From NCBI RefSeq assembly GCF_000315625.1, contig NW_005434617.1, positions 35,134-99,133 on the forward strand: a stretch of 64,000 nucleotides of DNA. Reading direction: 5' to 3'. This DNA comes from Guillardia theta CCMP2712 (taxonomy: Eukaryota; Protista; Cryptophyta). A model generated the notes under the pieces. That model was not told the DNA's origin and did not search any database. It was given only the letters and a program-made list of their open reading frames with translations. Both the position numbers and the translations under genes were made by a program. Numbering within the stretch: position 1 is the stretch's first letter; each line of letters starts with the position of its first letter. This document shows positions 1 through 11,077 of this stretch, piece by piece.

Positions 1-74
1 CCTCCTCCTCCTCCTCCTCCTCCTCCTCCTCCTCCTCCTCCTCCTCCTCCTCCTCCTCCTCCTCCTCCTCCTCC
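1..74. repeat. (CCT)n microsatellite
   Basis: Pure CCT triplet run, probably intronic in the K+ channel gene. Confidence 0.95.
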
Positions 75-76
75 TA

Positions 77-1740
77 CCCAAGGATGATCTCTCCCGGCAG
101 GTAGGATTGTCTCGCCTGCGCGGCGTCAGGAGCTCTCGAGTCTCCTCTCCTCACCTGGAGGGTCTGGCTGGTCGATGCCGTGCTGCCCTCCAGCAGGATG
201 ACAAACTCCGCCTGCTCCCAGCTCAGCCCCACCTCCTGCACCTCCCACACCCTCGCACCCGCTGCCTGTCGAGATCTCGCAGAGTCACCTCCCACAGCGG
301 ACTAGACTCGTCGATCCTGACAAGAACTCAGCCCCACCCTCCTGCTCCTGCTCCTCCTGCTCCTCCTGCTCCTGCTCCTGCTCCTGCTCCCGCTCCTCCT
401 GCTCCTCCCCTTCCCTTCCTCCTCCTCCCCTCCTCCTGCTATTCTTGCTCCTTCATTCTTTCCTCCTCGTTCTCCCTGCTGTTGCCTCCCCTTCCTTCCT
501 CCTCCCCTCCCTCCCTCCCCTCCTCCTTCGTCCTCCTCCCTCCCTCCTCACTTGTGTCTTATGATATAAGGCAACAGCAGGAAGACATCGGCGGACTCAA
601 GGGTCAGCTGCGAATTTCTTTCAGCTCGTTCCTCCCCTCCTTCAGCTGGGGACCTCCTGGACCGAAATATTGATGCGATCAACATTAGTCGAGCTGCACC
701 GAAAATCAGTTTCTCCTCCTCCTCCTCCTCCTCCTCCTCCTCCTCCTCCTCCTCCTTCTCCTCTGCTCCCTCCCTCCCTCCCTCCCTCCCTCTCCTCCTC
801 TTGCCCATCCCACCTTCCCGCGCCGTCAGCTGAGGAAGATTCTCGGCTGCTTCAGTCACCGTCAGCGCTCAGCCACCTTGAGGCTCTTAATCCTCTCCAG
901 TCTCTTCGCATCTCCTCCTCCTCCTCCTCTACTTCCCTTCCTCGTCCTCGTCCTCCTCTACTTCCCTTCCACCCCTCCTCGTCCTCTACAACCACTCCTA
1001 CTACTCCTCCTGCTCCTCGTCCTCGTGCTCGTCCTCGTCCTCTTGACCACTACTCCTTCTCTCCCTCCTCTTCATCTCCTGATCTTCACTTCTCCTCCTC
1101 CTCTCCTCCTCCCCTCCTCCCTCCCCTCCTCCCTCCTCTCCTTCCTCCTCCCCTCCAGAGTTCAAGAACCTGCAGGACGAGCACGAAGATGCCTGGGATG
1201 CAATCAGAGTCGATTGCGTAGTTCCCGAAGCCGATGGTGGTCTGAGAGTCGAGAGAGAGGAGGAAGGCGTCGGTGAAGGTCAGGATCTCCGATCGCTTGC
1301 ACCCTGGGATCTGCAATACCGAGGTTGGAAGGGGAGGTGGAGAAGGAGGTAGGGTGAGGATGATGATAGAGGGAGCAAGAGTAGGATTAGGAGGAGGAGA
1401 CGAAGAGAGGTGGAGGAGGAGGAAGATCTCACTCGCTCATTGTTGAAGATCATGTAGAGCAGAGCAAAGGACGTCCAGAGGAATAGGTACAGTGCGGAAC
1501 CTGCATGCTATGAAAGGAGCTTATCGAGCAATGGAGGGGCGCACCTATTCCCAGAATCCTCGACCACGGTGAGTCCGTGAGAGTGGTGAAGAGATCTTCC
1601 CAGAGGTAACTTCGTATCCTTCACACACACAGCCCGTCAGGAGCGAGTGAGGATGAGAAGATGAAATTGTCACATGCTCCTCCTGCTCATCTTGTTCTTG
1701 ACCTGCATGCCCCCTGCGAGCGGTTCGGTACGATGGATCA
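77..1740 (-). CDS. Inward-rectifier K+ channel (Kir/IRK family), multi-exon, 3' end runs off the window
   Basis: Minus-strand exons translate to Kir motifs in order: YLWEDLFTTLTDSPW (~1545-1620), M1 ALYLFLWTSFALLY (~1435-1500), pore AFLLSLDSQTTIGFG...CIPGIFVLVLQ (1170-1310), DVFLLLPYIIRHK, IDESSPLWE, EFVILLEGSTASTSQTLQ and ARQSYLPGEIILG. Confidence 0.85.
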
Positions 1741-2198
1741 TGGAGCGGCAGAGAGAGAGGGGAGAGGAGAGAGATGATGATGATGTGATGAAAATGAGGC
1801 AGGGCAGGAGGGTGAGAAAGTGGAGGCGGAAGAAGATGAGAGTCAGGAGGACAAGGAAGTATCAGGGGCGAGAAGACGGAGCGGACGGAGGAGCCCAGGG
1901 AGGAGCAGAGGGAGGGAAGGAGGAGGGAGCAGTCCTACCTGTCCTGCTCACTAGCCTCTGGTGGTCTGGTCGTTCTCCCCAGTCCTCCATCGCCCATGAC
2001 TCCTCCCGAATCAGCGGCTCCCCCGACATCCCCACCGCTAGAGCAGGATGCAGAACCCGTCCGATTCCCAAAGAATAGGGGGGTAGGGTGCTGTTGGAAA
2101 GAGGGATATTTGTTGCGTCCGGTGGAAGCGACGAAGAGGGAGGGGAGGGAGGAGGGAGCGAGTCAGGAGGGAGCGAGTCAGGAGGGAGCGAGTGAGCA

Positions 2199-3671
2199 AT
2201 GGCAGTGGATGTCTGCGTCTGGCTCATCAGGGTCTGTTTGCTCCATATGTGCCTGCTCAGTGCTCCTGCCATGGCTCTACGAGCTGACGGAGCAGCTACC
2301 AAGCGCGCCATGGTCCATTCGTTGTTGCGCCCGAGGCTGTTCTTGCACCCTCCTCGGGGAGGACTCGGAGCAGACCCATCGCAGGAACAAACGAAGGCAT
2401 TCGGGAAGCACACAGACGACAGGGAGACAGCGAGGAGATGGTTGCTGTTTCATATGACCTTCACACTCAGAGCCGTGTGCGATCGCTCCTGGGCGTTCTT
2501 CATCAGCATCATGCTATCGAGCCGCGTCGGCTCCCTGGTCTACCTCCTTCGGACTGCCATCCAGATCTCCTTCGGCCTCGTGTCCTGCCGGCAGAGCTGG
2601 GAATGGCTCTCGCTACGCAAGACCGAGCACGTGGCCTGGCTGTTTATGGTCCAGCAGGTGTCGCTCTTGGTGGTAGCGATCCAGCTGTACATGCTGGAGA
2701 AAGGAAGCGCTGCCATGCCCATGGTGCTGCTGCTAGGGATCTTCTCGGGGATGGAGATGATATCATCGCGGCACTTCAAGCGCGTCAAGGAGAAGAAGGA
2801 CGTCTACGACCTCGTCACCCGTGACGCCCAAGGAAAGCAGCAAGAGATCTCCTCCCGTCTTGCCGCAGCCAACTCGTTGCTGACGAGGATCGACCTCCTG
2901 GTCGCCTGCCTCTGCCCGCTCGCTATCAACTTCTCCATGTCAGTCTTGGACAGACTGGGCACCATGGCATTGCTAGTCGCTCTCCAGCTTATGTCCGTCT
3001 TGCTGCTCTCCTTCGCTCCCTCCTCCGACGTCTCCCTAGCGGGTCAGCCAAGTCCCAGCATGTCTGTCAAACAGCAAGGAGACAAGGGAGGAGGCGCGGC
3101 TGCCGGGAGCCTCAAGCTGCGAGTTCTCGTGCTCGCTTACGGGCTCTTGTACTTCACCGTTGTGACTCCGGGAGGGCTGTTCAACATGTACATGAGAGAG
3201 GAGGGCCTCGACGTGCGGCTGCTGGGGTACTTCGGGAGTTTGGCTCAAGTTTGTGGCGTCTTGGCCACGTTTGCTGTGCCGGTGGCAGCGAGGAGGCTGG
3301 GCATGTATCCCTGCGCCCTCTTCTTCTCCCTGTTCCAGGCAGCATGCGTTGCTGGGGTCGCTCTGCTCGCAGCTCGTGGCGAGCTGCCGTTGGCCATGTG
3401 CCTCTGCGCCATGTCGCGGTTCGGGCTGTGGGGGTTCGACCTCTCCCATCGCACCCTCGTGCAAGTGCAGTCAGACGCGAGGCTGGGACTCTTCTTGCTG
3501 GAGGCGAGTTTGGCCGAGACCTTCTCGATTGCCATCTTCACTGCTAGCGCCATCTCCAAGAGTTTTCGCTTCCTCTGTCAGGTCTCAGCCGTCGCCACGT
3601 GCTCGTCCTCAGCTCTTGTCCTGCTTTCCGCTCTCCTTCCGTCCGGCAGCAGCTCAAGCCGCAGCATGTGA
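2199..3671 (+). CDS. Ferroportin (FPN1/IREG, SLC40)-like MFS transporter, intronless, with hydrophobic N-terminal presequence
   Basis: 490-aa ORF with many TM segments. CDRSWAF resembles FPN GDRMWxF, and SRFGLWGFDLSHRTLVQ resembles ARIGLWSFDLxxxQLLQ. Confidence 0.8.
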   Translation: MAVDVCVWLIRVCLLHMCLLSAPAMALRADGAATKRAMVHSLLRPRLFLHPPRGGLGADPSQEQTKAFGKHTDDRETARRWLLFHMTFTLRAVCDRSWAFFISIMLSSRVGSLVYLLRTAIQISFGLVSCRQSWEWLSLRKTEHVAWLFMVQQVSLLVVAIQLYMLEKGSAAMPMVLLLGIFSGMEMISSRHFKRVKEKKDVYDLVTRDAQGKQQEISSRLAAANSLLTRIDLLVACLCPLAINFSMSVLDRLGTMALLVALQLMSVLLLSFAPSSDVSLAGQPSPSMSVKQQGDKGGGAAAGSLKLRVLVLAYGLLYFTVVTPGGLFNMYMREEGLDVRLLGYFGSLAQVCGVLATFAVPVAARRLGMYPCALFFSLFQAACVAGVALLAARGELPLAMCLCAMSRFGLWGFDLSHRTLVQVQSDARLGLFLLEASLAETFSIAIFTASAISKSFRFLCQVSAVATCSSSALVLLSALLPSGSSSSRSM

Positions 3672-4479
3672 AGGCTGCAACCCCCTTTGGCAAGCTCGTC
3701 GCTCAGCGGCTGCTGGTGAGCAGGCTTCAATCTAACACCCGCCGATCGTCGGAGCCTCTGGCGGAGAAGTTGCAGTGACCGTGTGAGAACCCTGAAACTT
3801 GCGAGAGTCCTGGTGAGCCTCGGAGTCCGTGGGCCATCGGCACTGCTAGACTCACCTCGAGTCCGGATGGCCCGGGACTCCGGTGGGCCGAGACCACTGA
3901 GTGGCATCCTGACAAGCCGCTGAGCCGTGCCCTCCCAAGTCGCGCTCAGCCGAGGCTCCGACAGCCTCAGTGAGTGCCCGGGCGCCGGGCCGGCATCGGA
4001 CTTAGTCCCGGCGATGACTCGTGAGGCCCTCCGAGCCTGAGTGAACTTGGAACTAACTACAGTGGTTGATAAGTGTTCCGCAATGTGAGGCTCAGCTGAG
4101 CCGGTACTAGGTGTGCGCTCGGGCTGCACTTGAGCGGCAACCCTGATGGTTGAGCAGCTATCAGAGGATTGCGAGGGGCTCAAATGAAATCAGCTGCTGA
4201 GCGCCACGATTGCAATAGTGATCTTGTGCATCTCAAAATGAATTGAAGATTTTACGTCGTCGTGGCAAGCGCCTGCTTGGCGCTAGACATTTGTTGCTCC
4301 AACCTCAACCATCTTGCGAGTGGAAGCGAAAAATGTTAAGAAGCATTTACTGAGTTTTCGCTTTTCTACTTCTTTGATCTTTAAAACTCTCAACAGCGAG
4401 ATTTTCATCTCATTCCCCGACCGAGGACGTCATGGTTTTAGACCGAGTCAGGCCAAGGCAGTTGTGCATGGGCGAGCTA

Positions 4480-5350
4480 GTAAACCTCTTCTTCTACTTG
4501 CCTTCTTGGGTGTTGAGAGATTAGACAGTAACACAATGAAAAATATGGGCTGGATGATCTGATACACTGAAAAACATTGGCTGGATGAACAGCGCACTTT
4601 GCTGCTGTGAAGCAAGATGTTCTGTCATCACAGTCATCACAAACAGCATTCTTGTCCTCGTCCTCGTCCTTCTCTTGCTTGCTCTCATTCCACAATGTTT
4701 TGCTCTCGTACATCTACATGGAGCTCAACTATCCTCCCTCTGTCGTCTATCTTTCTTGCTCGATCTCATCTCATGCATTAAGTCGAACTTGTACAATGAT
4801 GACAAGAGCAGACCAGCGCCTAAAGCAGAATGACGTTTACTGAAAATCAATCTGTGAGAGCAGCTGCATGTCCTTGTTCCGTACAAGACTCATCTCAGCT
4901 AGGCTCAGAACTGATGGACAGATTGCAGCTGACTTGCAGGGGCGGACTGTTGAGGGACGAATCCTCCATGGCACACGACCTCGCCAGTCTCAACGTTTGT
5001 ATGGCAGGTGAGAGCGACGTCTGGGACCGTCTCTCCTGTCAAGGAGGAGAAGCGAAGGCCGTCAGCTTGACGCAATGCGATGAAGGGGAACATCTGAGGC
5101 AAATAGTGTCATTGATCGTGCTCACAGAAGCAATACATGTGATTTGCACTATGGTCAGTATATGCTCCTTGCTAAGCGAAGTTTTCACTTTCATTCCAGG
5201 CTCAAGACGAAGAAGGGCTTGTGCTGTTTCTCCGCTTGCTACTCCTGGCCTTGTCTTGCTCCAAGCTCGCCTGCTCTATCCTCATCTCTCATGCGATCGC
5301 ATCTGCCCTGGCCCTCGCTCGCTCTTCCTGCAGACGTCGATCAGGATTTT
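4480..5350 (-). CDS. Possible multi-exon hypothetical protein
   Basis: Protein-like minus-strand segments (VALTCHTNVETGEVVCHGGFVPQQ; acidic/Cys stretch at 4560-4710). No clean gene model could be built. Confidence 0.3.
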
Positions 5351-5369
5351 GTACAGGGGGACATAACAT

Positions 5370-5720
5370 GTACCACCCCACCCCCAATGGAAGTTAACCT
5401 GTTGAAAGTCACCCCCCCGGGACCCTCGAAAAAATGGGGCAGGGTACTGGTGGGGTAGGCCCGGATTATCGGAGGGGACCTACTAAGTGACTGGTGGGGT
5501 AGGGATAGTCGTAGGGGGGTTAGGTCAGTCACCCGGTAGGGAAACAGGCCCCCGTAGGGATACTAAGTTGTACGGTAGGGGGATAGGTCGGTAGGTGTGG
5601 TAGGGATCTGAGTCGTAGGGGGATTAGGCCCTGAAGGGGTAGGGATAGTCGTAGCCAGGTGGGGTAGGTCAGGGTAGTGCCGATAGGGTGGGGTAGGGAT
5701 AGTCAGAGGTGGGGAGGTGC
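5370..5720 (-). promoter_or_regulatory. Strand-biased GGGGTA(G)/TACCCC tract
   Basis: Dense GGGGTAGG/GGTAGGG words. The same class of tract recurs upstream of several genes in the window. Confidence 0.45.
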
Positions 5721-5859
5721 CCTTTCGTCATTCATCACCAGATGGACAGTGAAGGCTTTTTTCGTTGGTTCTTGTTATAAATATTTGAAATGTTTCTCTA
5801 TTTTTTCAAAATCTTTTGAAGCGATTTCTTGAACTCAAATAAATCTGGCGCCAAGAGTC

Positions 5860-6310
5860 ACTGAGTTAACTTCGCCGAACCGTTCGGCGAGGCCCGAAGC
5901 CACTGAAGCTACAGCGCCTGCCTGGGCCGGGCAGGCTTCCGATGATACCCCGCCGGGCCCGGTGTCTCTCCGGCGACACTCTAATGAATGTCACTGAGTC
6001 TCGCCCCCCGGCGAGTCCGATCACGATCATCCGATCAGTAGCACAGAGTCCCGACAGTGAGTCCGGCCCGGCCCGGCCCGGCAGGGCTGGTGTGAGTGAG
6101 TATTCAATGATTTGAGGCTCAGAAACCCAGACTCTACAAGGCTCATGAAGACCGTTTACTCAAAGTTAAGTTACTTCCAAAGGCTTACTGAACTGATACC
6201 TTCACTTAACCGTGATGAAGACGTAACTTAGTAAAGTCTGGGGCGGCCCGGCCCGCCCGGCGGCCCCCGGCGGCTGCGTGCTCTCACTCAGCCTGTGTCG
6301 GCCGGCGTCG
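5860..6310. other. GC-rich palindrome-dense intergenic island
   Basis: CCGG, GGCC, GAGTC and GTCAC-rich noncoding stretch with AT-rich insets. Confidence 0.5.
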
Positions 6311-6761
6311 TTTCGAAGGATTGTGGGGTCGGGTGTCGGGCCAACCCTCCGAATTCCTTTATGCGTCTGACAATACATAGCAAGACACGCACCGCTTCGT
6401 CTATAAGTGTTTTAGAAGAGGAGGGCCGAAGCCTCCGACATGAAGGGAGGGGCATGGAGGCGAGGAGAAGAGGAGGAGGGAGAAGAAGAGGAGGAGAAGA
6501 AGAGGAGGGAGAAGAAGAGGAGGGAGAAGAAGAGGAGGGAGAAGAAGAGGAGGGAGAAGGCGGGGAAGGAGAAGGCGGGGAAGGAGCAGAGAAGATCAGA
6601 GAAATAAGATCCAGTTTGCCATGAGCTTGGCGGCTGCTCGTTCTATCGAGAGGTTGTTGGGAAAGTGGAGGAGACTGGATTCAAAGGAGATGTGAGAAGA
6701 GGAGGAGAGGGAGGGAAGGCAAGCAGATGCAAACTTCAATCTATATAGACGACTAGAACAG

Positions 6762-6861
6762 NNNNNNNNNNNNNNNNNNNNNNNNNNNNNNNNNNNNNNN
6801 NNNNNNNNNNNNNNNNNNNNNNNNNNNNNNNNNNNNNNNNNNNNNNNNNNNNNNNNNNNNN
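6762..6861. other. Assembly gap (N run)
   Basis: 100 Ns. Confidence 0.99.
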
Positions 6862-6894
6862 TCCTCCTCCTCGTCCTCCTCCTCCTTCTCTACT

Positions 6895-7052
6895 CACTTT
6901 CATCAAGGAATCTGCAGAGCAAGTCAGCGTCTGAAGTTGTTCATCATCGTGAGCCTACCCAGAGCTTCTCCTACGTTGCTCTCGTTGCTCACGTGAAGCA
7001 GGAAGGAGTCGTCTGCAACGCCACGTCACAAACCCACCAGCTTCATGGCGGA

Positions 7053-7083
<31 letters not shown>

Positions 7084-10000
7084 ACTGCTATCCTCTGCAC
7101 TCCCTCAACTTGCCATTCTCACCACCTTCTCCCCTCCCCTCCCTTATTCCACCCCCTCCCACTAACTTCCCTCTCTGCTTCCCTGCTGCTGCTGCTGCTC
7201 CTCCTCCTCCTCCTCCTCCTCCTCAACTCACTCTGGTAGAGGACCAGCTCTTGCTCGAGGGCAGTGAGGATCGTCGACTTGGTCGAGTTCTTCTTCTTCT
7301 CCTTCTCCCACAGGGGCCGCACGAGCGTCTGCGAGAAGACGATGAGGTCCTTGACGTCCTCCATGGCGAGCGAGGAGTCGCTGGGTAGCGACGCACGGAG
7401 GAGATGGTCCTGCATGGCGGGAGAGATGATGCGATCCTTGTGCTGCATGCGGTCGAGACGGAGGAGGAAGTCGGAGTGGAAGCGAGAGGAGTTGAGGGAG
7501 AGGAAGAGGGCCTGAAAGGAAGTCAGAGGAGGAGGAGGAGGAGAAGAACAAGGAGGAGGAGAAGAACCAGGAGGAGGAGAAGAACCAGGAGGAGGAGGAG
7601 GAGGAGGAGGAGGAGGAGGAGAGAATAGAGGAGGAGGAGGATAGAGGAGAAGGAGCAGGAGGATAGAGGAGGAGGGATTGGGCAGCAGAAGAATGGGTAG
7701 GAGGTAGGAAATGAAAAAAACAAACAGAGAGAAGCAGGGAGGGAGGAAAAGAGCGGGGGCAGGAGAAGGAACATAAGCCGCAAGATCAGCACAGAAGGAG
7801 CAATGAGAGGAGAGAGGAGGGAGGAGGGAAGGGAATGGAAGAGAGAGAGGAGAGAGGAGGGGCGAAGAGAGAGGAGAGAGGAGAGAGGAGAGAGGGAGGA
7901 GGGAGGAGGGAGGAGGGAGGAGGGAGGAGGGAGGAGGGAGGAGGGAGGAGGGAGGGAGGATCAAAGGGCATAACAAGGGCAGCTCTCACGTTGGCATCAG
8001 CCTTCTTCTGCTGGGATCCCTTGGCGGGGCATGTGGAGCCGTCGGTTTGATTGTGACGGGACGCGTTTGGGGTCAGGAGCGCCAGGAGCTGCCGCATGTC
8101 AACCTTGGTCTTCATGCTCTTGATTGCCTCCACGTCGAGCATGACGACGAGCCGACGGGCAATGGAGAAGGAGGCGGAGCTGAAGTCGTTGAGGTGCTGG
8201 CTGACGTTGAGAGCGTACAGGGAGGAGAGGACGGGAGAGACGGAGGAGGAGAAGGAGGAGGACAGGGAGGAGAAGGAGGAGGACAGGGAGGAGAAGGAGG
8301 AGGACAGGGAGGAGAAGGAGGAGGACAGGAAGGAGAAGGAGGAGGAGGAGGACATCTGCGAGAGCTGCTTCATGACGTCTGCCACGATCTTGCGGCCCCT
8401 CAGTCCCAACCTCTCGCTCGAGCTTTCCAGCTGCTGCCGTATCGCCGGGTGGAGCAGCGCTGTCCTCGAGGAGAGGAGGAGGAGCCCCACGAGGAGGAGG
8501 AGGGCAGAGCAAACGACCAGCAGCATCGCTCCTCTCCAAGCCGGCGCCTTGGACGGAGAGAGGCTCACGAACCTGTGAGGGGAAGAGGAGGAGGAGGAGG
8601 AGACCTTGACAGTCTGCGTGACATGCAGGGCGGAGGAAGCGATCATCCTCTTCGCCAGGTCCTCCACTGACTTGGCCTCCCTGCAGCTCTCTACCATCCA
8701 GCTGGAGCCCGAGGAGCAAGGATAGTCCCCGATCAGCTTCACATCCTCGTCCGACTGCACCGAGAGCACGCAGACGTCTGCCTTCACCTCCTCCTTCTCC
8801 TCCTCGCTCGCCCCCTCCTGCCAACCGCCGTCCTCCCAGCTGTACTGCAGCTTGAACCCAAGGTCGCAGCAGTCCAGCAGGGCAGTGAGCTGGGCATGAG
8901 GAGGAAGGGGGACGAGGAGGTGCTGCATTATGTCACGGCAGGTCAGCGCAAGGCCATTGCGCGTAGCAACGCCCCTTTCCTTGCCTTCCCCTCCCTGAGT
9001 CCCGCAGCTTCCTTGAAGGTACAGGAAGAGAGGTTTGCCCTCCTCTGCCCCCTCCACCAGCGTCGCGAAGGCCTTGATCACTTCCTCCCTCGTCGGCTGC
9101 TCGCTCTCCCCTCCTTCCTGCAGCAGGCAGATCGTCTCGTCCTCCTCCACTCCTTGCGAGCGAAGGAACTGCAGCACGTTCTCGCTGTCTCCTCCTCCTC
9201 CGCTGCAGAGGATCACGGCTGCGCGCTTCTTCTTCTCCTCCTTCTTCGCGACCTCCGAGGGCATCAAAACTATCGGCTCCTTCACTCCTGCCAGCGAAAG
9301 TTCAGAAAATGCGATACAAAACGACTGGAGAAAAGGCAAGGAAAAGGAAGAAGGAAGTAGGTTATGAGGAAGGAGGATGAAAAGGGACAGGGAGGAGAGA
9401 GGAACGAGAAGGAAGGGGGTCAAGGAGGAAGTGGGCAGAGGGCAGGGGAGAGAGGAGTAGGATCATCACGTTTCTCCGGCTCTTTCACATCAGGCAAAGG
9501 AACGCCGCGAGGAGAAGTAGACTACAAGACAGACGTCAGCAACCTTGTAGTACCTTGCATTTGTCATACACCAACACTTTCAAAGAACATCATGTCAAAG
9601 TCATGATCATGAACAACCGCGATCATCATCTCTCAACGTCTCTTTTATCACATTCATGAATCATCATAATCTCCATCATCTCGAACCATCAACTCGCTCA
9701 ACCCTCTTATTCATGTATTCTTCTGCTGCCCTTTGTTGCACTCCGCAAAACTCCCTTGTGCAAAGAAACGAATCGCTATGTCGCGACCAAACATCACAAA
9801 ACGATGAAAGAGACGACCAAACGAGATCCTTGTCTTCATATTCACATGCATTTTCTATCGGCGCTCTCACTCCCGCTCCCATTCTCTCTCGCTCTCTCGC
9901 CTTCCCTGCAGTCGTTACACATTGCTCCTGCTTTACGATTGCTGCCTGCCTGCCTCACAACTCTCGTCTCTGTCCTTCCTCCTCATCTCATCCCTTCCAT

Positions 10001-10102
10001 GATCCTTCTCCTCTCCATCACCTTCCGTCGCACATCGCTCGTCTTGTTCAACGTCATCATTTTGTTCCAGGTCTCCTGCGCCCAGGTCCCGAAGTCCGCC
10101 AT
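6895..10102 (-). CDS. Metacaspase (peptidase C14)-like protein with TM helix and long C-terminal region, multi-exon; may continue across the gap to ~6300
   Basis: Start MADFGTWAQETW at 10102. The main exon has PTREEVIKAFATLVEGAEEGKPLFLYLQGS and LTALLDCC (metacaspase p20 pattern), then the hydrophobic AMLLVVCSALLLLVGLLLL. Further exons at ~7230-7512 and ~6900-7015. Confidence 0.65.
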
Positions 10103-10134
10103 GGACTGTGAAACAACCCAGTTTTTAAACTGTT

Positions 10135-10690
10135 TCACCCCCATAATGACCGTTACGAGAGGGGGTAGGGGTACTCCAGTCGTAGCAGGGACCGAAACGG
10201 TGGGGCCGTGGAGCGAGGGGTAGGGGTACATAGAAAGATAGGGGTACGGTATGGAGATATGACATCGGGGTGAGGTACATTGTTACTACTACCCTACCAT
10301 GAGGTTATGGTCGTGAGCAATAGGAAAGGGGTGGGGTAGTCAAACCCTTCAAAATTGGGAGCGTTAGGGTGGAAATAGTGGGTGGGGTAGTTGATGGCAG
10401 GAACTTTGGGGAGGAAATAGTGGGTGGGGTAGTTGATGACAGGGGGTAGTGCGGAAAGGGGTGAAATGACAACAGAAGACGGTTGTGACCATGGACCACG
10501 GGGAGGAGGTGGGGGTACTAGAGTAGGGGTAGGGGTTATTTTGGGGTCCATGGGTGTCAAGATGGTATTCACTGGGTGGGGGTCCATCTAAGGAACAAGA
10601 AACTGGGACATTTCGTGGGTAATCGACTGGATATTTGGGGGTGGAGGTCATCATGGAAGGGGTCTGCATCGGAAGTCGAACTTGGGGTCG
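10135..10690 (-). promoter_or_regulatory. Strand-biased GGGGTA/TACCCC tract upstream of the metacaspase-like gene
   Basis: Dense GGGGTA words directly upstream of the ATG at 10102. Includes a 26-bp direct repeat (10371-10396 and 10413-10438). Confidence 0.45.
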
Positions 10691-10704
10691 GCACGGACGA
10701 AACT

Positions 10705-10860
10705 TTAATAGATAAACGCCACGAATCTATCTACCACGGGTACTCTCCCTCATGATGTGACGGAATATGTGAATACCCTTCTGAACGACGAACTAAGTTT
10801 TCGCACAGAACTGCCGTCGTATGATTGAGAGCCGCGACTCTCCGTCATACAACGGCAGTT
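10705..10860 (-). ncRNA. Candidate Fanzor omegaRNA scaffold
   Basis: Four consecutive stems: 10809-10860 (16-bp stem plus 5-bp inner stem), ~10779-10808, 10738-10778 and ~10706-10735. G-U pairs form only on the minus strand. Located at the element 3' end downstream of the nuclease ORF. Confidence 0.7.
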
Positions 10861-11077
10861 GTTTTTTTTGCCAAATTGTCTTCGGATGTTGTTGGAGCCT
10901 TACATGAATCCTACCAAATGATGCCAGTCAGTCACTTCAATGATCACTGGCATGTCGTAAACATCGGATCATAATGGAGGCAGGCACCGGGCAGGCAGGC
11001 AGGCAGGGAATTAGGCATCGAGTCCCGAGGGACGCAGTCTGGGTAGGGAGGGGGCGACAACAATCATTGAATTCACC

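Noticed and set aside
107-1276. Plus-strand Pro/Ser/Leu-rich ORFs
   Set aside because: They derive from CCT-rich intronic repeats; the real gene is on the minus strand.
10371-10438. 26-bp direct repeat with a 16-nt spacer next to the Fanzor element (CRISPR-like?)
   Set aside because: Only two copies, non-palindromic, part of the GGGGTA tract, and in a eukaryotic context; a simple local duplication.
10690-10710. GGACGAAAC resembling a hammerhead ribozyme 3' core
   Set aside because: No upstream CUGANGA box or pairing stem II on that strand.
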